Shown: positions 14,300 to 27,271 of the stretch, one piece after another | Numbering within the stretch: the stretch's first letter is position 1 | Layout of the letters: each line of letters opens with the position of its first letter | Assembly (NCBI GenBank): GCA_951406725.2 | Contig: OX597816.1 | Coordinates: 31,930,001 to 31,994,000 of the forward strand | Reading direction: 5' to 3' | Origin: Octopus vulgaris | Lineage: Eukaryota | DNA: 64,000 nucleotides | Translations under genes and position numbers: made by a program | The notes under the pieces: generated by a model | Database searches by the model: none | What the model saw: the letters and a program-made list of their open reading frames with translations, nothing else | Told to the model about the DNA's origin: nothing

Positions 14300-15900
14300 G
14301 AAATGTACGCTAAAGTCGCTAAACTCCTCTGTCTATGCCCATTTCTCTATCGTTAACGCTTTTAAACATATCGGAGGCATAAACTAATAGTTTGAAAAAA
14401 AATGCATTTTCCATTATATACGGATAATCGCAAAATATACGATGAATACCTGTCGCATAAATTCACAACCGATCAGAGTCTAGGAGACACTTCAGGTTGC
14501 CTGATCTCGAAGCATCTGCGATTGCATGAGTAATCTGCTAGGCAGTCTGCCATGGATGAATCGCCATCAGTTTGGACAGAAAAACATCTTTCTCTCATGC
14601 TGAAATCTCTTTCATGTGCTGATACGTACTCCATCAATGCACTGCTAGCTTTATTTACAACATCGAATTTGTTTTAATTTCCTGCGTCTCTGAGCGTTTT
14701 CAATATAACTTTTATTGTTTTAGTTTATTCTGCTGTTATGTTCGGATGTTTCCTGTGGTTTGTTTGAGGATTCTACATTTGATATAGTCTTGAGTAACTG
14801 TTCTTTCTATTCCTCGTGACACTGTTATTATAGGGTTCCAGAGCTTTTAATCGGTGTCCAGGATTTTTTCTTACTTTACCGTAGAGTTACGTTTGTTTCA
14901 TTCTCCTAATATTTGCGATGACTGTTTATCAAGATACATCTCGTTCTCCTCAGTCACATCAGAAATCTAAGAAATATGTTGGTGTACAAATGATGTATAT
15001 TAATGTTTTGTTTTTATCACTTATGTCAATGGTGTGAAACTTCGTGTTTGTTTTGGAAGAAATATACTTTTGTTTCTTTGAGGATATATATTAGGAAATT
15101 TTATGTTTATGACACACCATTAATTTAGTATTACAGTAATTAGTATTCCTGTTATTACCCTTGCAGCTCGCATTGTCAAGTTGCTGCTATTTTCATTGCT
15201 TCGGGGTGTTGGCAGTCAATTCAGCGCCATTTAACTGTGCGAACACAGAAATATATTACGGTGTCTGGCGCTTTCCCTTAAATAAAACATAGCCAGCCGA
15301 GCTTTACCGGAACATTTCTGGGTTCCTCAATCTCCATGTATAAGTGTGCATTTTCCTTTCGAAACATCCATGCTTTCCAACCATTCTTTTAATTACAATT
15401 CAGATCTACAATTTCGCTGTGTTTTTGTGACTGTTTTACTTAATAAATCTAGACGTAATCCTTCAGGCACATTAAAAGTGTGAAATTTGCGTAGTCTTCA
15501 CGTGTTTCCCCACGTTAAGTTAGCATCATGCAATCATAAGTTTACTGATGATGTTCTACGAGTAGGACTTAATGATGTTTATTTTCATATTCTTTAATCA
15601 TTAAAGCATAGAGATACCAGCATTCAATATTAATTTCTTTCTCCCAATATATACCCCGGACAACACCATCTTTCCAAATTTCAATATCTTGTGCTGTTGT
15701 AATATTGCGTATATCTTTATATACCTCTCTGCATTAGGCTTCGTTTAATTAATTCCTTCTCTTCTAGTGGAATGAGTACATATTTTTTTTATTTAAGTCA
15801 CGCTGTCTTTTCGCTGAGCAGATTTTGAAGAAAATGTTTTACACATATTTGTTGAAATACATTTGGAAATGAGCTCCTATTTATTATGCTGTTTTGTTTT
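14300..15900 (-). pseudogene. Highly decayed non-LTR retrotransposon RT region (probably R4/Dong-like)
   Basis: Scattered minus-strand motifs such as GKAPD near 15275. There is no open frame and the boundaries are uncertain. Confidence 0.3.
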
Positions 15901-16339
15901 AGTGCTGTGGCAAATAATAGAAGGGTTACTGTTTTATTGCACTTCTCGTTTGCGTTGTTCATATTGTTGCGGTTATTTTCATTTTTGAAATATTTTTATC
16001 GTTGTTCTATTTGTGATTGATGTTTCCATTGTACAAGCAAGTTGCTCGAAGAAGAAGACGACTACAATAGTTTTCTCTTCTCCAAAACAGCTATAACTAG
16101 TAATAACGACGCTTGATACGTTTATATCCCCACCTATCGTTGTTTTAGTATCAATAAAAGTGTATTCCACTTCCTGTTTTTCACATTTCTAAGCAGTGAA
16201 TATTATTATTACTTCGCAGGGATCCGTTTTCTTTTAATGTTCTGTCTTGTTTCCCAAGAAAACTGACAACTTACGAGATCATCTGGAATATCAAACAGAG
16301 CGCAAAAGCCTAAGGGACGTCAGTTCTTCTCATGAATGA

Positions 16340-16415
16340 CAATAACAGCACCAATAACAATAACAGCAACGAAAACAACAAAAACAAATGCAACAACAAC
16401 AACAACAACAACAAC

Positions 16416-16486
<71 letters not shown>

Positions 16487-16552
16487 GGATAATAATAACA
16501 ACAACAACAACAATTATAATAATAATAATAGTAATAACAACAACAACAGCAA
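16340..16552 (+). repeat. (AAC)n/(AAT)n microsatellite
   Basis: Directly visible; immediately precedes a LINE fragment. Confidence 0.98.
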
Positions 16553-16559
16553 CAAGACC

Positions 16560-17513
16560 CATTACAATAATGATATCATTTACAATAATAAATCTAAAAT
16601 CTCATTGAAAATTGCAACCATGAGATTTTCTCCTTCCCTGCAACAAACAAATGTCAGGATTTTAAAGAGGCGTCTGAAATATGAAGATGCCATAAAGTTG
16701 CATTCATTGCCGAAAAGCGCAATAGTATACCTCCAAGAAATACAACTAGAAGAACCAGTACCCGAAGAAAATGTGCTCACAATCGACAAACCAATTTCCC
16801 ATATACAGAGGGAAAATGTCATGAAAATATGTGAGTAACGCCTGGTGCAATGCTGTAGATCGAACCCTTATTCATCACAGACTTTCATACCCTGGTCTAA
16901 AAACAGATCCTGAGGTGTATTTCATTACTTTACACGATTGGTTCCTTCACACCAAGAATTACCAGATCAGTGGCCTGGAATATGAAAACAGCTCATTCAT
17001 TATGCAGGGAGCATCTAGATAAACCAAACACATAATGTTTAAATGCAGCTTTGGTACCAATTGAGTACTTACAAAGACATGACAAGGCGGATCAATGCAT
17101 ACACTAGTCAATATGCCGTTCAAATCCCTCCCTCACAAAAACAAAACGTAAGAATACACTTCACCAAAAGTTGCATTAAAATGGTGAGGTCACCATCCTT
17201 TCGAATTTCAGCATTCGGGCTGGACGGGAAATACAACTAAAATATCCTCACCGCTTTGTGAAAAGTTATATTAAAAACAAATTGTTTTGTGATTGATGCT
17301 GCAACCCCATCCATCAAAAATCTCTTCTCTGAACATATTTGAAAAAATGATCTAGCAGGAGTGGCTGTGTGGTAAGTAGCTTGCTTACCAACCACATGGT
17401 TCCGCGTTCAGTCCCACTGCGTGTCATCTTGGGCAAGTGTCTTCTACTATAGCCTCGGGCCGACCAAAGCCTTGTGAGTGGATTTGGTAAACAGAAACTG
17501 AAAGAAGCCCGTC

Positions 17514-17548
<35 letters not shown>

Positions 17549-17860
17549 TGCGTGTATGTTTTTGTGTCTGTGTTTGTCCCCCTAGCATTTCTTGACAACC
17601 GATGCTGGTGTGTTTATGTCCCCATCACCTAATGGTTCGGCAAAAGAGACCGATAGAATAAGTACTGGGTTTACAAAGAATAAGTCCCGGGGTCGAGTTG
17701 CTCGAATAAATGCGGTGCTCCAGCATGGCCACAGTCAACTGACTAAAACAAGTAAAAGAGTAAAAGAGTAAAAGAGTAGCATAAGTACCTAGGGACTGAA
17801 ATCCAAAGAATATAGCATTTCAAAACAACAACGTATTTCACTAGTCAACAAAATAAAAAT
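16560..17860 (+). pseudogene. Decayed R4/Dong-type LINE 3' fragment, interrupted by a SINE
   Basis: NAVDRTLIHHRLSYPGLKTDPEVYF...TKNYQ, then LVPIEYLQRHDKADQCIH and CFVIDAATP. The frame resumes after the SINE as KYLGTEIQRI. Homologous to 19700-20450. Confidence 0.75.
17355..17778 (+). mobile_element. tRNA-derived SINE, family A
   Basis: A-box TGGCTGTGTGG, B-box GTTCAGTCCC, internal (TA)n and (TAAAAGAG)n tail. Confidence 0.92.
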
Positions 17861-18309
17861 TTATTTTCAAGCATAAAATCATACCGATGTTTTAGACTAA
17901 CTTTTGAAAGCTGATTTTAAAATTAACTTAAGATATGTTCTATCAAATTATGTTTTTGTGTCATCGTTATTTACCTGGAGCATATCATAATTTAAGCCTT
18001 GTGCCGCCTAATTTGCGATAGTTATCGTTGAATACTCAGACAAATTTTGAATATGTTGAGACTGAGATTCCCTTTAAAGGTGGGAAATGAACCAATGTGA
18101 TCTAGTTATGGATACAACATGAAATAGATGAATATTCTGAAATTATACCGATATATATATGTTTGCTACGTCTGTGCCACAGGCTCAAAGACGCAATATT
18201 AATAACTTTGTCAATATGTATCTTGCTTATTTTAAAGTAACACTTGAGGACAGTGACAACACGTGTGATGGAGCAATTCATCAAAGCTCCTGATCACAGC
18301 GGAAACTGC

Positions 18310-18367
<58 letters not shown>

Positions 18368-18379
18368 TATGAATCACAA

Positions 18380-19110
18380 CTCCAAGTCTCAGTGACGAGA
18401 CGGCAGGAATATTTGAGGGCCCTCAAATAAGAACACTCCTCAGGGATCCAAATTTTGTGAAAAAATGAGTGCAGAGGAAGCTAGAAATTGGAATGCTTTC
18501 TATGAGGCAGTGCAGACTTTCTTCTGGAAATGGGGAAGCTAACAACTATCAACAGATTGTGCAAAATCTGCTCTTGATTTTGCTTGGATGAAGAATGTGC
18601 GTTAAATTGCATTACTTACATAGTCACTTGGATGAGTTTCCAGAAAACATGGGTGATGTTAACGAAGAGGTGAACACTTTCCTTAAGATGTACAAATAAT
18701 GGAAGACGCTAGCAAGGCCGATGGGACTTAAACATGATGTGAGTTTACTGCAGGAACTTGAGAGATATCTCAGAAGCTGTGCATAAAAGATCCTCAAAAA
18801 CGAGTAAGTTCTTGCTGTAATATGATCACAATATTTGACAACAATCAATAGAAATGTTCTATTCGTCTTTCAGTATAACCAAGCTTATTTCTTACATGCT
18901 GATATGTATTTACTCCAAACATTTTGTGTTTTGATTTATTTGAAATAAAAACAAAACATGCCGTCTATTAAATATTACATCTACGTATGTTTATTTCTTT
19001 CTTTATGAGCATTAAATAGCAGTTTATAGCAAAATTAAAGATAGACAAACTCTCATGCCATATTTGTATTCAGCACCTTAGAATTAGCTAACGAACATTA
19101 ATAAAACTGG
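18380..19110 (+). mobile_element. DNA transposon 3' remnant, probably Chapaev3-like (CMC) transposase
   Basis: Frameshifted AGIFEGPQIRTLLRDPNF...NWNAF...NNYQQIVQNLL...KLHYLHSHLDEFPENMGDVNEE...QGRWDLNMM. The family assignment comes from my recall of this motif set. Confidence 0.65.
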
Positions 19111-19234
19111 TGGTGTCCGCCACTGTTATTATTGCACTCATTGAATGAATATTATAAGGAGTGAGCAAATATGCAAAGCAAATTACTTCACGCATGTTCA
19201 CGTGATGTTTTAGATTGGTGATATTCTGTCTACC

Positions 19235-19395
19235 GTGGTTGTGTACTAAATTCAAATCCCAACAAGGACCTCAGACATTATTTTCACAATATGCATGCAG
19301 TTCCACTTAACGTTAATTTTTGCAGTACAGGAAGATGGTCTACGTTTTTAAAGTTCCTACGTGCATTTTCAGGTTGGGTAACATTGCACCCCATT
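19235..19395 (-). pseudogene. R4/Dong-type LINE extreme 3' fragment
   Basis: HLPVLQKLTLSGTACIL* matches the RLE C-terminal LQK..LLGTA.ILRK motif also seen near 19740 and 35970. Confidence 0.6.
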
Positions 19396-19399
19396 TTTG

Positions 19400-19431
19400 C
19401 TGTTGCTTTTGTTGTTGTTATTATTATCATC

Positions 19432-19525
<94 letters not shown>
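19400..19525 (+). repeat. (TTA)n microsatellite at a LINE 3' end
   Basis: Directly visible. Confidence 0.98.
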
Positions 19526-20450
19526 GGTGAGGGAGTAATGCATGCCATCGAAGTGACACGGATAAAAATATACGAACTCCAGCATATCCATCTTGACTCC
19601 GAGTCTGATAAGGGTACACATGCATCACACTCATATGCGTGCGGCATGCTGATAGGGTTAAGTTAGAATTTGTTCTAGAATTTGAAAATGATGTTTGTTT
19701 TAAAACTTGAGATTACATAGAAAGTATTTTGCGTAGGATATGAGCAGTTCCCATGAGCACTATCTTTTGAAATTCTGCTATTTTGTGGTTTCCTGGTATC
19801 TAAGCTTGGTAGCAATCAACCCCTTTTGCTATCATTCACAGGTCACCTATGACAACATGTACTGTTTTTGTTTTTAGGTTCCACAGTTTGCTAATTTCTA
19901 TTTCAAGATGTTTAGAGTTGCTCAGTTTTTGGTAGGTCTTGACAGATACGTTTATATCGACTGGGACAGTCTGAAGTCTTTCAATATGATGTCTGGTCTA
20001 TTCGCATCTGTCTGTCAGTTTGAATGGTGAGGTTCCAGAGGAGTGAGATGTGACAATTTTCAAGCAATGGAAGTGGTTCCAACCAGTTTTTATCATGGGC
20101 CAATACTAGGCTTTTGCAAATTACCCAGTGAATATATTGTGCAGCTCTATCATGCCTGTTGAGATACTCTGTTGGCGCATTAAACTCCACTTGGAGACAA
20201 CATGATCAATGATTTCATTTTGTTGTTGAGATAAACGACATGTTGGGCTACTGCCGTTCTTCAATATGTTAGCCTGGTAATTCCTTGTAGCTAGGCATTG
20301 ATCTTCAGCTGCCATGATAAAACCTTCTGTTTCAGATTTTAAGCCACAGGTCATTATCCATTGATGGGTCAAGGCTTTGTCAACATCGGCATTATTCAAT
20401 CAATTTAGGTACTTGCACATTGAGAAGTTTTACTTGCCATTTATCAGTCA
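19526..20450 (-). mobile_element. R4/Dong-type LINE 3' part (zinc knuckle + restriction-like endonuclease + 3' UTR), decayed
   Basis: GLKSETEGFIMAAEDQCLATRNYQ...CRL...IDHVVS; TEYLNRHDRAAQYIHW; ends ILRKILSM*; 3' UTR followed by (TAA)n. Confidence 0.9.
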
Positions 20451-20536
20451 GTTATCATTTATCATTATTATCATTATCTTTATTATAATCAATATCGTTA
20501 TTATTATTATTATTATCATATTTATTATTATTATTA

Positions 20537-20580
<44 letters not shown>

Positions 20581-20624
20581 GTTGTTGTTATTATTATTAT
20601 TATTAATATCATCACCACCACCAA

Positions 20625-20690
<66 letters not shown>

Positions 20691-20750
20691 TATTATCATT
20701 ATTATTATTTGTATTACTGTTGTTGCTATCAACATCACCATTATTATTGC
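20450..20750 (+). repeat. Compound (TTA)n/(CAT)n microsatellite
   Basis: Directly visible. Confidence 0.97.
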
Positions 20751-21163
20751 AAATAATCTTTCTCCTGTAGTCTTGCCTAATTCAGGCGTAGATTGCCTTT
20801 TGTCCGTCTGTCATATCTCCATTAGATTCATTGTCTTCTTTCCTTTGCTATGGGATTAGTCTTATTAGTAAGAACTGTATTTTCATGTTTATCTCTACTG
20901 CTATTTTCCTTGACGCGACTTTCGATAGCTTCGAGCTCTACATCTGCGGACCGAGTACTAGTTCCATCTACCGGGTTGCTCAGGTAGTAACACTCCGTGA
21001 TCACATCATTAATTTGGCTGCTCCATCTACGCCGTATGTGGTGGTCTTTTCCCGGTTATCGACAGGCGGGAGCCGAACCAGGACACTATGAGCCCACCGG
21101 GTGTAACACTGTCACCATCACTAATTATTATTATTATTATCATCATCATCATCATCATCATCA

Positions 21164-21208
<45 letters not shown>

Positions 21209-21390
21209 GGTGAGGGAGTAATGCATGCCATCGAAGTGACACGGATAAAAATATACGAACTCCAGCATATCCATCTTGACTCCGAGTCTGATAAGGGTAC
21301 ACATGCATCACACTCATATGCGTGCGGCATGCTGATAGGGTTAAGTTAGAATTTGTTCTGGTCAAGTAGCCTATCCCGCTCAAAAGTTGG
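21209..21390 (-). mobile_element. Second copy of the Dong-like 3' UTR followed by (TAA)n
   Basis: 21209-21359 is identical to 19526-19676. Confidence 0.9.
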
Positions 21391-21439
21391 ATCATTAACG
21401 TTATCATTATAATAATTTTTTTCATTAGCATCTTCTTTC

Positions 21440-21610
21440 GATTCTTCTTCTTCTTCTTCTTCTTCTTCTTCTTCTTCTTCTTCTTCTTCTTCTTCTTCTT
21501 CTTCTTCTTCTTCGTCTTCTTCTCCATCTTCTTTTCGTTTTCTTCTTCGTTTCTTCTTCTTCTTTGTCTTCTTTATCTTTTCTTCTTCTTTTCTTCTCCT
21601 TCTTCTTATT
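21440..21610 (+). repeat. (CTT)n microsatellite
   Basis: Directly visible. Confidence 0.97.
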
Positions 21611-22850
21611 ATTTGAAGATGAATAAAAAGAAGTTACAAATGGAAAAATTAAATGCTGTAAAATACAAAGGAATCTATTTTGGATATATACTGGAGCAAC
21701 TTCATATTGTAATACAATGAATCAATAGTTGAAATGATATGAATTTTGAACAACTCTGTCTCTTTAATTGGATATTCGGGGCAAATGTACAATAGATCTG
21801 AATAAAAAATATAGAAAAAAGAAGCGTTTCGCCTTGTTGAAAATGAACATTTTAATTTATGTTGTTTCATACAAATACTCTACATCACTATGCACATTAT
21901 GATGGGGATCTCATTTCCTGCAGACAGTAACGTAAAATATAAAACATTCACATCCAATAATTGAAATAACTAATAGCAACTTGTCTTATTGCATCCGTAA
22001 TATTGTTTGCAGATACATAATGAGAGATGAATATATAAAAGTACAAGGAAATGTTCTCATCCTAAAAGGACATATATAAGGTGTCACTCGAAAGGTGAAT
22101 GCGGTTTCAAAATATGTAGTGAAACCAAAAAGCAACGTGTAATATACACTTGTATTTAGAGGAAATCGAGTACTAAAAACATACACGTCTATATTGAAAC
22201 ATATGCAACTTCTATGACTGCAAGTGACTATATATGCTGATACAGGACCGACAGCTTCTGTTGCAGAAAAGTGAAAGAATAATGTCTATGACTTGCACGT
22301 CGAAACTCCTGTTCCAAGCCCCGTCTAAATCGCGGATTTCATAATTGCGGATTAGTTATCAAACGAATACGTGTCACATGTATACTTTCAAGTTAATTTT
22401 ATGTACATTTTCAATCATTCCACTTGTCCTCTCGGTGAACACCTCCTTTTGTTTCTCCTCGTAGCGTAATACATCTTTAGGACCGCTGCAGTGATAAGAA
22501 TATTCAAGCATGTCTTCAAAAAGAACAGGACATTGAGGTTCCTATTGCATAATCAATATTTTAATGACGAGGTATTAGCATATTAATGCCAGCTATCGTT
22601 TCTCTACTTCCTTTCTCATTGAATATAATTGATTTCTGTTTGATATATTTAAGGATATATTTCCAGCTTACGTAGAATCAGCAACATTTTTGTGCAAGAT
22701 TACGAAACGACATTTTATGAATGAGTCGAACAAATGCATTAGGTACAATGCATTTTCTCAATTTATACTATTAATACAACCATTTTCTGAGACAGTCAAT
22801 GTGACCCTACCTCTTTCAGTCTATCTAGTGACGTGTGTCAATATAGAAAG

Positions 22851-23040
22851 TAAGTGTTGCTGAACATTTCCTGTTCTTAAGGACATAGCGAAAGGCGTGT
22901 TTGGAGGCCAAATATTCCGAATACATTTAGAAGGCTTAGAAAAAATAAGGGATCGCTGCAATGGGTGTGTGAATCTGAGACGGAAATACGTCCAATAAAA
23001 TTATAATTAACGTTTCAGGAACGTTTCAGCAACTCCTGTA
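22851..23040 (+). mobile_element. Mariner-derived MITE, decayed
   Basis: Imperfect TIRs GTTGCTGAACATTTCCTG / CAGGAACGTTTCAGCAAC. The body is homologous to 62246-62444. Confidence 0.65.
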
Positions 23041-23931
23041 TTTGCAATGTGTAATATGTGTAAAACCGGCAAATGGTTGCATTTTTTAATCTTATCTTAG
23101 AAAATGTAGCATTTAACAGGTCTCTGTGTACTGGAAAATTCTTGATGCATTACATGTCTTTCGCCTACAGTTATTTTGGACGCCCGAGAGTGTCTTGATA
23201 TTCATTCAATTGATACAGGCCATAATTAGCCACAGCAAGTGAAATTGTGCACTGAAGTAACTGTAATAATTTAACTTGTACGAGTAAGCCAGCGTTGAAT
23301 ATATTGCGGTCGATGATTTGTCATATCTAGTCCAGATGGAAGTGTGTCCATATTGTATAGAGGGGTAACTGATAAAGAAATCAAAAAGGCATTATTCACT
23401 ATCCTTGATTTATACGAACCCGATAACAGAAAGATTTCATATGGCTGAACGAACAACACTTTAGCATTCAATTTCACCTTCAGAAAGCACTTGATTAGAG
23501 TAAGTTATATACAGCAATATTTGGCAAATATTTTTCCAAAGAGTCCCCATATCTCCTTTCACATATTTAAATGTACAATATGCAATAGATTAAGTTGCTC
23601 ACATAAGGACTACTGTAGATACTAAGCAGGAAGTTAATATGAAGAACAAAGAGAAAACAGAAGTTTTGCTATCTGTACCACTTTTTCACCGATAATTTTC
23701 ACAAGCAGGATTCTTTATGGCATTTCTTCCAGCAAGTGTTGAATTTCATATTTCCTTGTAGTGTCCAAGATCTGTATCATCGTCCTTATTCAAGACGGTA
23801 ATATAGGTGGAAAATCTGATAATATATTGAACATTTCTTGGTGTGCTTACTAGTAAAAACAGGGCATGGAACGTATTTTTACTACTGCTTGATTCCGGCG
23901 TTTATATATTCGATCAAGAAATTCGCATAAT

Positions 23932-24003
<72 letters not shown>

Positions 24004-24167
24004 TGTTGTGCAAGATTTTTTATGTGAAGTCGTGTGTTGAAACAGATATTGTTATATTTCGGAATGGTCATATTGCCAGTTTAGCCAATAAAAACACACG
24101 CACTATATATTTGGTGTTATTTTGCTTCAGTGATATTTATTTTTTACATTAATCTTAATCTTATTTC

Positions 24168-24212
24168 GGCCAAAGTTCTTTCGTCACACTCCTGTGACCG
24201 CATCAGTGGTCC
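24168..24212 (-). ncRNA. Variant hammerhead-like motif in the 3' terminal repeat
   Basis: ggacca-CTGATGC-g-gtcac-aggagt-gtgac-GAAAG-aa-CTT-tggcc. Confidence 0.6.
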
Positions 24213-24735
24213 TTTGTTTTCTTCTCACTTACTTGTGTCTCTCCTTACTAACCGTCAGCCATTTTGTATTTCTATTGTATGTCTTCATTTGCGCAGGCTT
24301 ATATCTCTATGTGGGTCTATGTTTATTTAGTGTGTGTGTGGGGGGGATGCCTGTAATATTTGTATCTTCTGGTTATATACATTCTTGTAATTTGTATTTT
24401 GTTTTTGTTGTTGTTGCTTTTGTTCTAATTTTATTCATGTGTTTACATCCACCCATTATTATCATTACATATGCTTGTATGTATGTATAACAACAATATT
24501 AGTAATAATAATAATAAATCTAATCGAGAAAAAAAAAAAAAAAAAAGAATATACATATACATATATATATATACATACACATACATATACATATATATAT
24601 ATACATATATACATATATACACACATATATACACATATACATATACATATATATACACATATACATATATATAGATATTCATTTCTATTTCTTTAATTAC
24701 CTGTGTATTTATTATGTTTGCAGGATCCACTATTG

Positions 24736-25347
24736 TCATATGTTGTGGTGTGCGCTATTGCTCCATTCTAGTTTTCTATTCAGGCTAGGTTTATTTTCTA
24801 TTATATGTGTAGCTTCTGTAATTTGTCTAATTGTTGCATCTGTTCTATGTGTGGACAATATCTTAATCTCTATGTTATTGATTGATCCCACGTGTTCTTG
24901 TTCGGCGTGTTGGTACAGAATCGATGAGCTTTTACCTTCCTTGAGTTGTCTCCAATGTTCATTCACCCGCTCACCAATGCTTCTTGCAGTTTCCCCTACG
25001 TATGTTACTGTCTTGTTACTGCATCGTCCCTCTATACATCTTATACTATAGACCACATTTCTGGCTTTACAGTTCGTTTGTGGGCTAAATCTACATACAG
25101 TGCAATAGTTATCCGTACAGAGAGTTCTACTAAAAGGATAGGTTCTACCAATTATAGATCTGATAGGGTTGCCTGGCTTTTCAACAACCTTAATTCTTAG
25201 TTTAAGTTTATCTAGGGTCCTTCTAAAGCGGTACGCTAGTTCACCTCCAGGGGTGGTGTCAACGAACATGACACTCTGGTATTTATGGCTATCATACCAA
25301 GAGTTGGCCTTCCTTATTTTCTTTTTGTCCTTTCTATAGTGTTCCAT
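24736..25347 (-). CDS. PLE Cys-rich linker + GIY-YIG endonuclease (frameshifted from the RT)
   Basis: CTDNYCTVC...NCKARNVVYSIRC...YVGETARSIGERVNEH...RQITEATHI...PSLNRKLEW. Confidence 0.9.
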   Translation of the reverse strand: MEHYRKDKKKIRKANSWYDSHKYQSVMFVDTTPGGELAYRFRRTLDKLKLRIKVVEKPGNPIRSIIGRTYPFSRTLCTDNYCTVCRFSPQTNCKARNVVYSIRCIEGRCSNKTVTYVGETARSIGERVNEHWRQLKEGKSSSILYQHAEQEHVGSINNIEIKILSTHRTDATIRQITEATHIIENKPSLNRKLEWSNSAHHNI

Positions 25348-26092
25348 GACTTGTTCCTATAGAGTGGGCAAATCCCATTCCTATCATTACATAATATATT
25401 ATCAAATTTCTTCATGGCTCCTTTGTATACTCTGATCCTTTCTTTATGGCTGTAACCTGAGAACTGCATGCGGTGAATGAAATACTGTATGTGTCTCTTT
25501 AATTCTGTAGGCTCGCACATGCGTGACACATTTCTCATTATTCTGACGAGGTCTGCCATCAAAATATTGAATTTGGCATTGCCCGCAATGGCTGAGTTCC
25601 GGTGGATCAGGTATTTTGAGGCCATAGGTTTTGCATAGTATGAATGAAGGATTTGGGTTTTATTTTTCACAATTTCTAGCCAGAGTTCAGTGTCTAGTAC
25701 TGGTAGTCTATGGTTGGGGTGTTTAGTGGGGTAGTCTATTGTGACCTTAATACTCTGGTGGATGGAGTTAGCTATTTGCTGGATGCTCTCCATAGTATTA
25801 GTTTCTATTACTATATCAACAGTACTTTCTTGTGGGGGTGCCTTTACTACTTTATTGATATCATCAACATAGCGAGAGTACATGTTTACTAGTATGGATT
25901 TCTGCAGTAGGCATTCTTTAAGCCTTCTGTCCCACCATACCATGAAGAGGTTGGCCACATCACCAGCGATACTAACACCGATGGCTGCCCCCTCGTCCTG
26001 GGCATATATTTTATTATTAAATTTAAATGTGTGGCCTTTTAGGGTAACTCTTATACTAGCTCCTAGTGCATGTGCGATCATTTTCTTTACCT
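25314..26092 (-). CDS. PLE reverse transcriptase, N-truncated
   Basis: HTFKFNNKIYAQDEGAAIGVSIAGDVANLFM, catalytic YSRYVDDI, LPVLD. The first ~8 residues of the predicted ORF come from the inverted repeat. Confidence 0.92.
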
Positions 26093-26260
26093 GAATGTAT
26101 ATAACCAGAAGATACAAATATTACAGGCATCCCCCACACACACTAAATAAACATAGACGCACATAGAGATATAAGCATGCGCAAATGAAGACATACAATA
26201 GAAATACAAAATGACTGACGGTTAGTAAGGAGAGACACAAGTAAGTGGGAAGAAAACAAA

Positions 26261-26305
26261 GGACCACTGATGCGGTCACAGGAGTGTGACGAAAGAACTT
26301 TGGCC
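26261..26305 (+). ncRNA. Variant hammerhead-like motif in the inverted 5' repeat
   Basis: Identical to 24168-24212. Confidence 0.6.
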
Positions 26306-26419
26306 GAAATAAGATTAAGATTAATGTAAAAAATAAATATCACTGAAGCAAAATAACACCAAATATATAGTGCGTGTGTTTTTATTGGCTAAACTGGCAA
26401 TATGACCATTCCGAAATAT

Positions 26420-26458
<39 letters not shown>

Positions 26459-27076
26459 TTTAGAAGAGATAGCTCATCCTGATTTGTGCTATGCAGAGAG
26501 CAGGTTTGTTATTCTTGGACTTTGTGAAATATATTCAGAAATATTCAAATGCGTGCGAAATATTCATTACAGAGAATTTTGACATGCTTGAGTGCCTCTC
26601 TTAGAATATCTTGGAATTCAGAGAGTATTAAGGATTATAAATGGTAGACTGTCAGCAACCAGCATTAAGCATTCGAAAGGCTTTAAATTCATACAAGATT
26701 TTCTAATAGTAAGTACCTTTGTACAACGTTGAAACCCTTTTGGGGTTTCACGACAAGAAAACGTTTTGATTGAAATCAGTGGAGTTTCTCTGAAATAAAT
26801 CAACTCAATGAAGCAAGCGTTTCCTCATCTTTTCTTCTATGCGGAAACTGTTGTCGGACTTAAGTACGTCGATTTAATTTGCATCATTACCAGAAGCTAA
26901 ATAATCTCTCCGACTGCTAAGGAGAGAAAGCCAAAAACGCACACACGCACACACACTCACTTGCGTTCTCTCTTTCCCTCTTTCACACACATTCTCTCCC
27001 TCTCTTATCCCCCACTGTCGCACACACGCTAACATATGTGTATGTAGAAGTATATATATATATAATTATATATTTA

Positions 27077-27108
<32 letters not shown>

Positions 27109-27145
27109 AATAATATATATAAATATATATATATAATGATAGATA

Positions 27146-27201
<56 letters not shown>

Positions 27202-27234
27202 TATATATATATATGTATATATATATCATGCTAC

Positions 27235-27271
<37 letters not shown>

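Larger units (their letters stand above)
24046..26427 (-). mobile_element. Young 5'-truncated Penelope-like element (Neptune-type) with ~340 bp inverted terminal repeats
   Basis: 24046-24384 and 26093-26427 are near-identical reverse complements enclosing RT and GIY-YIG ORFs. (TA)n lies directly at the right end and about 45 bp from the left end. Confidence 0.95.

Noticed and set aside
16310-16608. Poly-N/I/L/Y/K/R/T and [12 protein letters not shown] ORFs throughout the track
   Set aside because: They are translations of microsatellites with no coding evidence.
17355-17430. tRNA genes at SINE heads (also near 48400-48465)
   Set aside because: Only A/B boxes are present; the sequence continues into a repeated SINE body with no complete cloverleaf or terminator.
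23050-23830. Possible decayed LINE RT on the minus strand
   Set aside because: The motif traces are too weak to call by eye.
25314-25347. Programmed frameshift between RT and endonuclease
   Set aside because: PLEs normally have one ORF, and a single indel explains it.
24046-26427. DNA transposon with long TIRs carrying an RT
   Set aside because: RT + GIY-YIG + HHR-like repeat with a truncated 5' RT is the known inverted-repeat form of a PLE.
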